64,000 nucleotides of DNA from the human T2T-CHM13v2.0 reference genome, Homo sapiens. Where the stretch lies: assembly GCF_009914755.1 (NCBI RefSeq), contig NC_060941.1. One strand, 5' to 3'. The translations under genes were made by a program, and so were the position numbers. The notes beneath the pieces were generated by a model. That model had not been told where the DNA came from. It did no database searches and saw nothing but the letters and a program-made list of their open reading frames with translations. Below, one piece after another: positions 17,466 through 53,170 of the stretch; position 1 is the first letter of the stretch, and each line of letters opens with the position of its first letter.

Positions 17466-18159
17466 GTCAGGTGTGGTGGCTCACGCCTGTCATCCCAGCA
17501 CTTTGGGAGGCCGAGGCAGGAGAATTGCTTGAGCCCAGGAGTTGGAGACCAGCCTGGGCAACGTGGCGAGACCCCATCTCTACCAAAAATTAAAAAAATT
17601 AGCCAGGTGTGGTGGTGCGCACCTGTAGTCCCAGGAGGCTGAGGCAGGAGGATCTCTTGAGGTCTAGGCTGCAATGAGTGAAGGTTGCACCACTGCACTC
17701 CGGCCCAGGCAACAGAGCAAGACCCTGTCTCTAAAATAAACAAAAAGCTCCAGCCTGGGCAACAGAGCAAGACCCTGTCTCTAAAAAAAAAAAAAAAAAA
17801 AAAAGCCGGGGAGGGGGTATAATGATAGATACCTCATAGGTTCCTCTGATAATCTGATGAGATGATCAGCTGGGTTTGGTGACTCACGCCTGTAATCCCA
17901 GCACTTTGGGAGGCTGAGGTGGGTGGATCACTTGAGGTCAGGAGTTCCAGACCAGCCGGACCAACATGGTAAAATCTCATCTCTACTAAAAATACAAAAA
18001 TTAGCAGGGTGTGGTGGTCACGCCTTTAATCCCAGCTACTTGGGAGGCTGAGGCAGGAGAATTGCTTGAAACTGGGGAGGTGGAGGTTGCAGTGAGCCAA
18101 GATTGTGCCACTGCATTCCAGCCTGAGCGACAGAGTGAGACTCAAAAAAAAAAAAAAAA
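17466..18159 (+). mobile_element. AluJ with duplicated 3' end (~17466-17803) and AluS (~17869-18159)
   Basis: ggcaacagagcaagaccctgtctctaaaa occurs twice; second Alu has TSD aatctgatgagat. Confidence 0.92.
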
Positions 18160-18480
18160 ATCTGATGAGATTTTATATGTGTGAAAGTATTCCTGTATTT
18201 GAAGGTAGTTTTATAAATCAGAAAGTGTAACATTTCAAGTTATGAGGAAACTGAATATTTATAAAGGCAATGATTCCAGTTCACAAGGGAAACTCACCTG
18301 TGTCTCCAAGGAGCATCCCTCTTTCTAATGAAGAATTACCCCCTTTATTGTTTATTCTTGGGAGAGATTCAGTTTTTCTATAAGGAATGGCTTAAAGCAA
18401 GGCACGCCTACATTCATTTTCTGTGAGGATTTGCTGCTTTGAAACTGTCTTTTATCACCTGCTTGTAGCTAAAATGCTGA

Positions 18481-18792
<312 letters not shown>

Positions 18793-18954
18793 TAAAATGC
18801 TGATTTTCAGCTGAGGCTAGGGAAGCCCCACCTCAGTTCCCAGCCCCATCTGTTTCCTGGACTGTAGGGTTCCATACAGAGACAAGTTCAGTCCAGATGA
18901 CCCTTATCCCCAGGCTGCAAGCTGGCTTTCCCAGCCTCCTTCCCTACCAGATGT

Positions 18955-19288
<334 letters not shown>

Positions 19289-19874
19289 TAATGTCCTGCA
19301 ACATCCTCTAATCTGCCTCCAGGGGAAGTGCTGCAATGAACCTCAGAGGCTGGATCTTGCTGACTCATCTGGGGTACCAAGGACAGACAAAGGACATGGA
19401 GTCCAGGCCCAGGAGGCGATACCAGGCCAGCAGTTTCACTGATGCTCCTGTCATGACGATGACTGCCTCCCTCCTCCCCTTGGTCCCTGACTCAGTGTCT
19501 GCAGTGACCAGGCACCAGGCAGGGAGCAAGGAACCAAGCCTTTCACCTGCTCCCACCAACTCCTATGGTGCTCCCTTTCCAAGGCTAGGTCTCCTCTCCA
19601 CCCAGTTCCTTATCACGTACCATGAGAAGCTGTCACCTTGGCAACTGTCACCTTCTGGTGAGATTTACAATTGCACTGCTACAACTGCTTGTGGCATGGT
19701 AAAGTTGCACCAGGACCTCTGCTGTCCATGAGATCAAAGTTCCAGGCCAAGGTGAGCACCCGCCTCCATCCTAGAGAGGATTCTGTGAGAATCATTGAGA
19801 GGGAGCTACTCTCTCCAGGCAATCACGGGGGTGAGAAAGAAAAAAAAAAAGAGAGGGAGTTACTCATGTACTGA

Positions 19875-20310
19875 CTTATTCAATGAATGCTTATGTTGTA
19901 ATACCTACTATGTGTCTGGTGCTGTTCTAGGCACCAGGGGCACGAACAGTGTTGCCCGCATGGAACTCACACTTAATGGGAGCGGCAGCCAACAGGTAAA
20001 TATATAGAATGCCATATGATGATAGATGCTATGAAGAACATAAAGAAGGGAAGGTGTGTTGAGAGCGGAAAGGGTGCTGTTTAACAAAGGGCAGTTGGAG
20101 AATGCCTCCCTGATCAGGTGTTGAGCCCAGTGAAGGAAAGAAATGAGGGATCCAGCCATACAAGTGCCTGGGGGAAGAGCCTTCCAGCAGAGAGACCAGC
20201 AAGTACTCAGGTGAGAGTGATCTTGGTGTGTTCAAACAGCAGTTAGGAGGCCAGCGTGAGGCTGCAGTGGCGTGAGCCAGGTGGAGCCACTCAAAGGATA
20301 GAGTTGTGAT
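19875..20310 (-). mobile_element. L2 fragment
   Basis: acctactatgtgtctggtgctgttctaggcaccaggg; ggaagagccttccagcagagagaccagcaagt. Confidence 0.8.
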
Positions 20311-20367
20311 TTATGGTGAAGCGGGTTTGAAGGATGGAAGTCTGCTGTTAGAATCTTCTTTAACTTT

Positions 20368-22043
<1,676 letters not shown>

Positions 22044-22415
22044 TGAGGCCACCTCTTTTCTTGGGGACACTTGGGCTCCAGCTTTCTCCATTCATCAGCT
22101 TAGCATGAGCTTGAGGAACGCAGAGGGGGGCTGACTGAGAGGAGCAGGCACTGGGGACAATGGGGACATCCACGGTTCCTAGCAATGGATTTGAGGTGGG
22201 ATTTCCAATTCCTCTTCTCCCACCTTGGATTTGACCATCTGAATACCAAATTCCTGTCACTTCTAGGATGTCACCTAAGATGAGACTGTGGTCTTTCCAC
22301 TCTTGGGTCCCAAGGAGGTGCCACAGGGCCTACAATAAGGCAAGGAAGGCTCAGTGAGGTCCGTGTTCACCCCACCCCCACTTCAACACGAGGAGTTCTG
22401 CTTTTATTTTGCCTC

Positions 22416-22530
22416 TGTGTGTGTGTGTGTGTGTGTGTGTTTCTAGGTATTATTTTATTTGGAGAAAGGATTTGCTCCTAAGGACACACACACGCACACA
22501 CACATGCACACTCACGCACACGTACTCACA
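22416..22530. repeat. (TG)n and imperfect (CA)n microsatellites
   Basis: TG run 22416-22440; CA-rich 22484-22530. Confidence 0.9.
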
Positions 22531-22640
22531 GGTTCTGCAAAACACTAGTGTGGCAGAAAGTGTTGAAAACTAGTTCTAGACCTGGCATGAATTTGACCAG
22601 GTTCAGCCTTAGTCTCCTCTCTTAGAAATAAGGTCATCTG

Positions 22641-22878
22641 GGCCAGGTGCGGTGGCTCAAGCCTGTAATCCCAGCACTTTGGGAGGCCGAGGTGGGCGGA
22701 TCACGAGATCAGGACCTCAAGACCAGCCTGACCAACATGGTGAAACCCCGTCTCTACTAAAAATACAAAAATTAGCCAGGCATGGTGGCACGTGCCTATA
22801 ATCCCAGCTAGTCTGGAGGGTGAGGCAGGAGAATCGCTGGAACCTGGGAGGCAGAGGTTGCGGCGAGCCGAGATCATG
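22641..22878 (+). mobile_element. AluS lacking its 3' end and poly(A) but retaining a TSD
   Basis: Ends at gagatcatg; TSD gaaataagg(t/c)catct at 22625-22639 and 22883-22897. Confidence 0.92.
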
Positions 22879-22945
22879 TGAGGAAATAAGGCCATCTGGA
22901 AATATCCTTCCCATCACAGGATGATACCCGGCAAATTCTTCAAAG

Positions 22946-23025
22946 CAGTGTTCTCCAACTTGAATGTTTGTGATGTGGGCGATTCTGACTGAGGGGGTCT
23001 GTAGACCACATCTTGATAAACAATG
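22946..23025. mobile_element. MER5-like hAT-Charlie MITE remnant
   Basis: cagtgttctccaacttgaat...gggggtctgtagaccacatcttgataaacaatg. Confidence 0.55.
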
Positions 23026-23203
23026 CTTTTTAAAAAATTCCTAGAAGAGAATATTTGATTTCTGGAAGGATAGAGAAGAAACTAATAAGAGTGTTTACCT
23101 CCGAGGAGGAGGAGAATTGGGAAGCTGAGAGCAGAGGAGGGAGGAAGACTTACTTTTCACCGTGTTCTTTTTTGTACCTTTTGAGTTTTGTACGACATAC
23201 TGA

Positions 23204-24298
<1,095 letters not shown>

Positions 24299-25029
24299 TC
24301 AGTCTCTCCCTCAGGTGTGGCATCCAAGCTGGCTAAAGGGTGGCAGGTCCCAAACTGTCCATGTTTCTCTTACGGGAGCTGCCGAAGATGGCAGAGATGT
24401 TAAAACAAAACACAAACAAACAAACCCAATACACCCAGGAGGCCACCTGAGCTCCCACAACGCTGGCTGTATACCTTATAAAAACTGCCTGGATATGTTG
24501 TGCTACCTGTGTATTCGTCTGTGCCCTACCCCCACAGTGTCAATTCCACCAAGGCAGGGACCGTGTCTTGTTCATCCTTGTGCGTCCAGTGCCTAAGCCC
24601 AGCCCTGTTTATGAACTGGAGGCAAACACCTTTGGAAGGAAGGCTACTCCCAGCCCCTCGCCAGGCATCTGTGTTACTGTGGCTTCTGCTCCACCAACGA
24701 CTAGCAGTTCGCAGCTTCTAAACGGTGTTCCCTCTGTTGCAGCTGAGCTTCCTGCAATCCTGTAAAACAGGCTCTATTGCTATTATCACCATCTTCATTG
24801 AACCAATGAAGAAAGCAGTCTTGTGTCTACCATCTTACCATCTTGTATTTTGTGGTGTGCCATTGGCCACTTCACTTTTTTCCTTTGGTTTTGCACCTGT
24901 AAAATGGGTGCCATTATTTCTGACATACCCATGAGCCAGAGGACATGTCAGAATCAAGGGGTCAAAGTGGCTATGAGGCCAGAAGCTGTAAAGAAGGAGC
25001 AGAGATCAAATTTAAACCTAGCATCTTTC

Positions 25030-26649
<1,620 letters not shown>

Positions 26650-27282
26650 TTAGTTAGCTTTATTAATGAGAAAACAGGAGTGCTGGTCCTTAGCCTCCAG
26701 TCCTGATGGGGTGCAGCGAGGAAATGGAGCTCTCACTGGAAGCTGTGGCCCTGCCAGGACTACAGCCCTCGGTTTTTTGTGTTTTTTATGTTTTTTTTTT
26801 TTTTTTTTTTTTTTCACCCAGGCCTGTGCACTGAGGGGTAGGGGAAAAAGGCAGGAAGGGGAGGGTGGAGTCACCTCGCAAAAGGAAGCCAGGGGAGCCC
26901 AGAACAGGATCCAGGGTCTCCCTCCCCCGTGGTCTGGAGATCCTTGACATCTGCCATCCCCTTAGCAGAAGCTGCAGCCAGAGAAAGAGGGCGACGGTCC
27001 CGTCACATTCTGAGCCCAGCAACGGAGGGCTTTCCAGGCCGGGACTGCGGGCAGATGGGAATTCTCCTCTCCTTTCTGCTGGACGTATCTCCCCTCAGTT
27101 TCGCTATCTGTAAGATGGGGCATTGTCCCTGCCAAACCCGCAGGCCAGGACGGCCTAAGAGGATCAAACGAGGAGAGGCAACGAGGATTGGTGCCTGGCT
27201 TTTCCTGAAAACAGATTCCTCCCCCGCCCCCGGGACCTGTCCCACAGGGGCGTCTGGAAATTCCACAGAGCCAGCCAGTCTC

Positions 27283-27830
27283 AGAGTGAAACAATCGGAT
27301 CCGCCGCGACACAGCAGCTATTCAGACGTCGGGGGCGGGGGCCGGGCCGCTGAGCGAGCAGAGCAATGCCGCCCTCGCGTCCCCTCCCGGCCCACGCGGC
27401 TGCCCCGGCCGCCCTCCCCGCGGAGCCCCGGCCTCGCACGGGCCTCGGCGCCCGCCGGGCGTCCCCCAAGCTTCCTTGTTTGTGGCCGAGCGACCGCGGA
27501 GCGTGGCACGTTCAGGAAGGACGAGTCGCCCCACGGCGGGGAACCGGCGACCGGCGGCAGCCCCAGCCCAACCCCGGCCACGCCTCGTTAGGCGCCACGT
27601 CCCGTCCCCGGGCGCCCGGAGCACTGTGCCCCGCCGGCCCCTGCCCGCCGCTCGCTGTAGGAGGGAGCCTTCTGCGTCGGCTCCCGACACTCGCTCACTG
27701 GGGCGCGGGCACTTGAGAGTAGGCAACCTGGGGGCCCCAGAAGGGGATGGGGCTCCGACAGCTTCAGCCGGGCGTCCCCTCAGCTGCCTTAGCTGGCGTC
27801 TGAGAGCGACTCCTCCGTCCAGGGCTGACA
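27283..27830. promoter_or_regulatory. CpG island (orphan promoter/enhancer)
   Basis: Very GC-rich non-repeat sequence with dense undepleted CpGs; GC box gggggcgggg at 27331-27340; AP-1 TGAGTCA at 27908-27914 nearby. Confidence 0.85.
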
Positions 27831-28067
27831 GTTCCCTTGCCCCTTAAGAGCCAATCGGAGAATCATAGGATCTGACATCCTGTGGCTCAGCCGGGTCTAA
27901 GAGCTCATGAGTCACCCTGTGTGCTTTGCTGATGAGGAAACCGAGGCCCAGAGACGGGGGCTGACTTATTCGAGCCACGTTTGTGTCTCCTAGCCCTGTG
28001 CCCTTTCTCCAACACTCTACTATCCTACCTCAAATCAAATCCACTCTGGGGCTAAGGACATCTAGAA

Positions 28068-28073
28068 GTGTGC

Positions 28074-28104
<31 letters not shown>

Positions 28105-28107
28105 CGC
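28068..28107. repeat. (TG)n(CG)n alternating purine-pyrimidine tract
   Basis: 40 bp perfect alternation ending in (GC)6. Confidence 0.97.
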
Positions 28108-28536
28108 CAAGAGTGGCTTGGCTACATTAGGGAAATGCCAGAAAAATGGAAGGTTTCTAATAAAAGCTGCTCTCCACGGGCCCAGAGTGTGGGGCTCCCA
28201 CCCATTGGCTCCACAAATCACCTGTACAACCTTGCCAGACATTGGCCGCCTGGCAGCTCCAGACTTCACTCCACCCACACTCCCCACACACATACAGACA
28301 ATGGCATTTTTTTCTATGGCATCTGGAAGGGGCAGAAATGCCCAGAGACCTGGTTTGATCCCACTTCTCTTGGGCCCTTCTCTATGTTTCTAAAATTGCT
28401 TTACTGCAGGCGCTTGGGTGGCTCTTGTGGTCTCTACACAGATTTGTTTTCTCCAGTGAGACTCAGTCCTGTGGGTCACCCATCAGGACTACATTTCCAA
28501 GGGTCCTTCAGGTGGCTCCATGCTCCTGGGTCAAAC

Positions 28537-29369
<833 letters not shown>

Positions 29370-29370
29370 C

Positions 29371-29608
29371 AATCTCGGCTCACTGCAATCTCCGCCTTCT
29401 GGGTTCACGCCATTCTCCTGCCTCAGCCTCCCGAGTAGCTGGGACTACAGGCGCCCGCCACCATGCCCGGCTAGTTTTTTGTATTTTTTTAGTAGAGATG
29501 GGGTTTCACTGTGTTAGCCAGGCTGGTTTCGATCTCCTGACCTCGTGATCCGCCTGCCTTGGCCTCCCAAAGTGCTGGGATTACAGGCGTGAGCCACCAC
29601 GCCTGGCC
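29371..29608 (-). mobile_element. AluY missing its 3' end, fused to MER41A
   Basis: gggttcacgccattc and ctgtgttagccagg Y features. Confidence 0.9.
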
Positions 29609-29619
29609 AGGATCATTTT

Positions 29620-29920
29620 TTACATTCGTGGAGCACTTTGTGTCTTAAGATGTGCTTTCTGGTTCATTATCTTCTCATTCTCACAATTCTGTAATGCAGG
29701 AAGAGACTGCTATCTTTGTACTGGGAGGCACAATGAGGCCTCTGCCCTGCCACTTATCAGCTGTGTGACTTTGGGCCAGCACAGTGATCTTTTTGGGCCC
29801 CTATTTGCAAACGGTATTCTCTCCCTGTAAGGTGGTAGAGGACACTGAGATGAGCTACGTCTAACCCTCGGCCCCAGTAGCAGGCATTCAAAAAACATTA
29901 ACTTATTTTTTACAGATGAA
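29620..29920. mobile_element. MIR fragments
   Basis: ctctgccctgccacttatcagctgtgtgactttgggccag; ttttacagatgaa. Confidence 0.7.
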
Positions 29921-29982
29921 TTAGGTAAGGCCTAAAAATACCTCATCTACCGCAGCCAATGAGAATAATAAACCCCAACCTA

Positions 29983-30384
<402 letters not shown>

Positions 30385-31151
30385 TTATACCTTGGGCTGG
30401 GTTCTTCCACTCTACCCACAGGCTTTTCTCAGTCTGTGTCCCTCAAGTTATATTTAGACATCTCTTCATTCCCAGTCTTTATGGAGGGCTAATTTAGCCA
30501 TTATCCAAACACACAGTGGCAATGTTTCAAACCACATCAAGGAGGATCCTTTACTTGAAAGTCCCTCAAAACTAGCTCTTCCTAGATTCCTGCTCTGCCC
30601 TCAAATAAAAGAGAGAGGAAATGACCAGTTGCCCCCATTGTGGCAGATTGTAAACCTTAGCCTAGTCAAGACCTTCTTGGGTCAGAATGACTAAGGGGGG
30701 GATTTGAGAATACTAGCTGAGAACCTCCATCACTCCTCAACGTATGCGTGGTTTAGCAAATCACTCACCCCCTCAAGATATGTTTTGCCTCCATCCCCAT
30801 TCCTTTGGAGAATCCCTCCATCATCTTACCTATCAGAGAAACACCAACTTATAGGGACACTGTCATGACAGACCCCAAAATGCTTTTAGATGACTGATAC
30901 ATGCTCATAGAAGGAAGAGAGGCACCTCTAACCCCCCGCCCCATCCTTTCTACTGGACACTCACATACCCGTGTACAAAATGTATAGACATAATTTCTTT
31001 ATGTCCCAGAGCCAAACTAGGTTGGGACATGTGGATCAAACACACTTGATATGAGGGTTTGGGAATCTTGGGTCTTTCATTTCTCTGTGACTGAAAGTGA
31101 GATTTGGGTCATCAATACTGGAAATGAGATTGGGGTCATCATAGACTCTTA

Positions 31152-31797
<646 letters not shown>

Positions 31798-31834
31798 TCA
31801 CCCTGCCCCACCCTCTTGTTTTGGAGAGATTCCA

Positions 31835-32140
31835 TAATTATTTGTTTATATATTGAATACCTGCCATGCGCCATAAATAGAAAAATGAGATGGCCAAGAC
31901 AATTTTCTTCCCTTGAGAAGCTCACAGGTCTAGGAGACAAACAAGTCTGCCACTAGTTATATACAATGGGATAAGTAAGTACTATAATGTCAGTTTTGTG
32001 CAGAGTGCAGGAGTGACAGGGAGAAGAGGAGGGGCCATCTCTGCCTGGGGAAGAATTGAATACACAGAGGTGATGTGTGAGCTGGGTTTTGAAGGGATGC
32101 TGCATGGTTGGCCTAGAAAGGTGGGTTGGGATAAAGGTTG
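31835..32140 (-). mobile_element. L2 fragment
   Basis: tattgaatacctgccatgcgcca; cccttgagaagctcacaggtctag; gtgagctgggttttgaaggg. Confidence 0.7.
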
Positions 32141-32199
32141 AGTTAGGACAAGAACCCAGTTTTCTAGGCAGTGCTCTCCCCATACATGGCCGCTATTTA

Positions 32200-32445
32200 T
32201 TTCCTTCCTTCCTTCCTTCCTTCCTTCTTTCCTTCTTTCTTTTCTCTTTCTTTCTTTCTTTCTCTTTCTTTCTTTTTTCTTTCTTTCTTTCCTTCTTCTT
32301 TCTTTCTTTCTTTCTCTTTCTTTCTTCTTTCTTTCTTTCTTTCCTTCCTTCCTTCCTTCCTTCCTTCCTTTCTTTCTTTTTCTTTCGTCTTTCTCTCTCT
32401 CTCTTTTTCTCTTTCTTTCTTTCTTTCCTTTCTTTCTTTTTTTTC
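32200..32445. repeat. ~245-bp (CCTT)/(CTTT) polypyrimidine tract (expanded Alu tail)
   Basis: Almost pure C/T on the + strand (a single G). Confidence 0.97.
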
Positions 32446-33351
<906 letters not shown>

Positions 33352-33948
33352 AATACATGGCCCCTATTTCTATCACCTTGAGATGACTTGCTGGGGAAGC
33401 TGAAGACCTGATTTTCCAGCTGCCTGAAGGTAGTGGGCTGGGAGTTGTGTCCCTATGCAGCAGTCTAGGAAGGGCCATTATTATGTTCAGACTTGACGGA
33501 GCATCCATCAGCAGGACCAGACCTGCCTGGGCAGTAGAGGGAGGAAATGAGAGACAACCTCTCAGGCAGATACACCGTGCTAGACAGCAGCAGTGAAGAT
33601 GTGAATCCTTCAAATCTTGGCATAGCCTGGAGGGAAACCAGGGTCTAATTGGTCTAGTTGTTCCATTTATCTGGGCAAGGAGAGGAGAGGTACTTTCCAC
33701 TTCTCACTCTGTTTGTAGGCACCATAAGTATTTAGCCTGATGAGTCTGAACATTTGCTTCTTGATTATGTGTGTGTGGCCTACCCACTAGTGAAGAAACT
33801 GCTTCCCAGACTTCCTGGTCTCTGCCATCTGGCATGGGGTGCTCAGAGGAAGCCAGTGTCTCAGCACAAGACAAACCCAACTTAGGATGGAAACTTGCTA
33901 CATTCAACATGCAATTAAAGAACAAATATCCCACAAAAATGAATGTGG

Positions 33949-34735
<787 letters not shown>

Positions 34736-35712
34736 CTACCAAGAATTTTCAGTGTGGCCTTGGGTGGCCGTTGCTCTCCTGGAGTCAGTTTCTTCAGCTA
34801 TAAATGAGGAGGGGGAAGACTCCAGTGTATGTGTAGCACAAAATTTTGACTCAGGGTTCTCTCCTAAGGCCTGCTGCCTAATTTTAAAAACAATGGGAAA
34901 CGGTGTCCCCAGGTAATTGTCCTACACATCAGTTTAGAGCACAGAAGTGAGGAGCAAGGCCAGGACAGGGGAGGAGAAGCCTGCACCTGAGGCCCAGGTA
35001 CAGCTGAGCACATGTAGAGGGAGGTCAGGGAGCCATGGGCTTAGGGCAGGCAGAGGGACCATCTGGTAATGAAAGGGCTGGTCTGGGGGAATGCAGAGAA
35101 GGCAGAAGGTGCTGCAGACAGTTCTGCCAGGTCCTGGGCTTGAAGCCTACTCTCCCCTGCTCTCCCCCGACTCTCCCCTGCTGTCCCCTGCTCTCCTGCC
35201 ATCCCACCACCGGTGCTTCAACTGATGGGGTAGCTCCTGTCACTAGAGTGCGTACCTGAGTTTTGTGGAGCTTTCAGACTCTCTGCAATTGGTCTCCTGA
35301 GCTGAAGTCCCCACTTCTCCCCTTCACCCTTCCCTAGGGTCTGGAAACTTGGATCACAAAAAGGTGGAAAAAACCAATTCCTTTGAAAAGGCCCTTGTTC
35401 TTTCACTCAAGACACTGGGTGTGGTTCTTAATAGACTCAACCCAAACATGTCACATCATCTCTCAATACATAATTCTATTCATGCTCCTTGCGGAAGCCA
35501 CCTGGGCAGAAAGATGTGGCCTCTTGAGGGTGAGAAAGGTAAATAAGGGAGTCTTAATTTGTCACTAGCTGAGGTTGGAAGCTCTAATTTTGTAGTTTTC
35601 CAGGGTGAACACTGTTTTGTGGTCTAGGATTGTCTGGGACGTTATTTGCTAACCCAAGCCACCAGCGCTCACCACGGCCTACCGACATTCCTGTTCTATA
35701 AAAGTTCCACTT

Positions 35713-36142
<430 letters not shown>

Positions 36143-36837
36143 TCAGTCAAAGCAACTCAGTGGCTTCCTAAACTGATTTCCACAAAGTCACAACCGGAAA
36201 GCAAGAAAAGTAATTTCCACAACTGTCCTTATTTTTCAGTTCCACATTTCTGACTCCAGGGGAGCATCCCTCATTACTCTGGTCCATCTATCATTCCTCA
36301 GCTTCTGACCCCTTTCAGAACGTGACCTGGTCACTTCACACATGTGGGAGGCTGGGCGTCTGTACTCATCTTACAGGGACCCCCTGACCCCCACCCCAAA
36401 CATCAACATCTGTCCATTTACTCAAGGTGTCACTTCTCAGCAAAAGTCTTCTTTGGATTAATCTGTGCCCACCACCCAGGCCGGCCACATTCTGTGGTTA
36501 CCATCCTGCCATCAATGGACAGCATCACAAAATGTGATTTACCACCATTTGTGCTTGTTAACACTTACTGGGTGTCAGCGGGCAGAATGGATTACCAGCC
36601 CAGGGCGTTCTGGCCCCAAATGCAGTTTTCTTCTCCAGTCAAGTCTAGACTAACAAATACCCCACGATAGGCACTCAGTGCTGAAGTCAGTTCCTGGAAA
36701 CAGGTGATTTGGGCATGGGAGGTTCAGTGCCTGTGGCCCGTCCTTCTTTGTTTAGCCCTCAGATAGTGTCTCAGTCAGTTCAAGATGTTACAACAAAATG
36801 CCTAAGAATGAGTAATTTATAAAAAACAGAAATTCAA

Positions 36838-37492
<655 letters not shown>

Positions 37493-37669
37493 CAGAAATT
37501 TATTTTTCACAGTTTTGGAGGCTGGGAAGTCCAAGATCAAGGTGTCAGCAGATGTGGTGGCTGGCAAGGACTGTCTCTGCTTCTAAGATGGCTCCTGTTG
37601 CTGCATCCTTTGGAGTGTATGAATGTTGTGTCTTCCCAGGGGGTAAGGCATGGGAGGGAAGAGGCATGA

Positions 37670-37999
<330 letters not shown>

Positions 38000-38025
38000 A
38001 GCCTCTTTTAAAAAGGCACTAATTG

Positions 38026-38955
38026 GCCGGGCATGGTGGCTCACGCCTGTAATCCCAGCATTTTGGGAGGCTGAGGTGGGCGGATCATGAGGTCAGGAGA
38101 TCGAGATCATCCTGGCTAACATGGCGAAAGCCCGTCTCTACTTAAAAAAAATATAAAAAATCAGCCAGGCGTGGTGGCAGGAGCCTGTAGTCCCAGCTAC
38201 TTGGGAGGCTGAGGCAGGAGAATGGCACGAACCCGGGAGGCAGAGCAGTGAGCAAGATCATGCCACTGCACTCCAGCCTGGGCGACAGAGCGAGACTCTG
38301 TCTCAAAAATAAAAATAAAAATAAAAAAGCGCTAATCCTGGCTGGGTGTGGCGACTCACGCCTATAATCCCAGCACTTTAGGAGTCCGAGCTGGGCAGAT
38401 CACCTGAGGTCAGGTGTTTGAGACCAGCCTGGCCAATATGACAAAACTCTGTCTTTACTAAAAATACAAAAATTAGCCTGGCATGGTGGCGGGCACCTGT
38501 AGTCTTAGCTACTCAGGAGGCTGAGGCAGGAGAATCACTTGAACCTGGGAGGCTGAGGTTGCAGTGAACTGAGATCACACCACTAGACTCCAGTCTGGGC
38601 AACAGAGCGAAATTCCATCTCAAAATAAATAAATAAACAGCCGGGCACGGTGGCTCATGCCAGCAATTTGGGAGGCTGAGGCAGGCAGATCACCTGAGGT
38701 TGGGAGTTCAAGACCAGCCTGACCAACATGGAGAAATCCCGTCTCTACTAAAAATACAAAATTAGCCAGGGTGGTGGCGTATGCCTGTAATCCCAGCTAC
38801 TTGGGAGGCTGAGGCAGAAGAATCGCTTGAACTGGGAGGCGGAGGTTGCGGTGAGCCCAGATCGCGCCATTGCACTCCAGCCTGGGTAACAAGAGAGAAG
38901 CTATGTCTCAAAAAAAAAAAATAGTAAATAAAATAAATAAATAAAGAATAAATAA
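38026..38955 (+). mobile_element. AluY (~38026-38328), AluS (~38340-38637), AluSp-like (~38639-38955)
   Basis: Alu consensus; target gc(a/g)ctaat repeated. Confidence 0.93.
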
Positions 38956-39110
38956 AGAGCACTAATCCATTTGTGAGGGTGGTGGAACCCTCTTGACTTT
39001 CATGTCCACAAAGTCCCCGCCTCTTAGTACCATCACCTTGGGGTTTAAGTTACAACATGAATTTTGGAGGGACACATACATTCAAACCACAGTGATGCTG
39101 GTACAGGTCC

Positions 39111-40925
<1,815 letters not shown>

Positions 40926-41292
40926 GGTCCTGTGGCTGGAAAGACAAATTCATACCCAGAATTAATGTCAATTCCAGTCAAGATGGATTGTTGCCTCATC
41001 CAGAGTGGAAGGGATCCAATGTAATCAACTTGTCATCATGTGTCTAGTTGATCTCTGAGGAAGAATGGTGCCGTATGGGGTGTGGCATTGGTCTGTTACT
41101 GGCAGGTTGGTTGGCAGTATTAAAATGAGTCTTGGTGAGTGGGACCCCATGCTCTGGGGCCCAGTTATAGCTTTCATTCTCTACCACCATGGATCTTCAT
41201 TCATGCACCAACTGGGGAAGCACTAAGTTGACCAATGACAGAGACTGGCTCATGTCAGCTGGCCTAGTTATTCTGTCTACTTAGTTGTATAG

Positions 41293-46365
<5,073 letters not shown>

Positions 46366-46486
46366 TGAGAATTCAACTTTTTATGGAGTTCTGCTCTACT
46401 TATAATTACGTCCTGGGCATGATCCTCAGCTTTCTGCCTTTTGGCTACAGGAGTTGAGTTTCTCCTCATTGGCTGCCAAGGGAGCT

Positions 46487-52728
<6,242 letters not shown>

Positions 52729-52778
52729 CCCGAACTCCTTTTTAGAGTTGGCTTTCCCACACCACTCCTGGTGCTAAC

Positions 52779-53170
52779 TGTATTAGATCAGGTTCCCCAG
52801 GAACCCACACGACGACTGAGAACCAAAACCTGAGGACTGAAGGAAGCAGGATTGGACAAAAGGCCATGTGGGGTGCAGAGGTGAGCTGTCATGCAGTCAC
52901 AAGGGCCTCAGGTGATCTTGCGGAAGTTTGGGAGAGGGTGGCTCTTTGGAATTGTCCCACCCAAGGCACAGATAAGGGTCTTTATGCCTCTTCATCAACC
53001 AGCCATTGTATGTGAACTGCCCGGGGGAGGGGAGGTGGCTTTCCTCAGCTTAGCGCAATTCCAGGAGAGGGACACAGCTGAGAGCTATTGGCACAAACAG
53101 CCGGGAGGATGAGTGCCTCAGTCCCTGAAGGGAGGGGACCTGGGTGGCCCCCCTGCCCCATCCACTGCCA
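52779..53170 (-). mobile_element. LTR16-type LTR (5' LTR of the ERVL remnant)
   Basis: tgtattagatcaggttcccc...ggaagcaggattggac...ggatgagtgcctcagtccctgaaggg...catccactg. Confidence 0.7.

Noticed and set aside
26929-27847. Long overlapping ORFs (up to 220 aa) across the CpG island
   Set aside because: Expected from stop-codon scarcity at high GC; Pro/Arg/Gly/Ala-rich, open in many frames on both strands, partly MIR-derived
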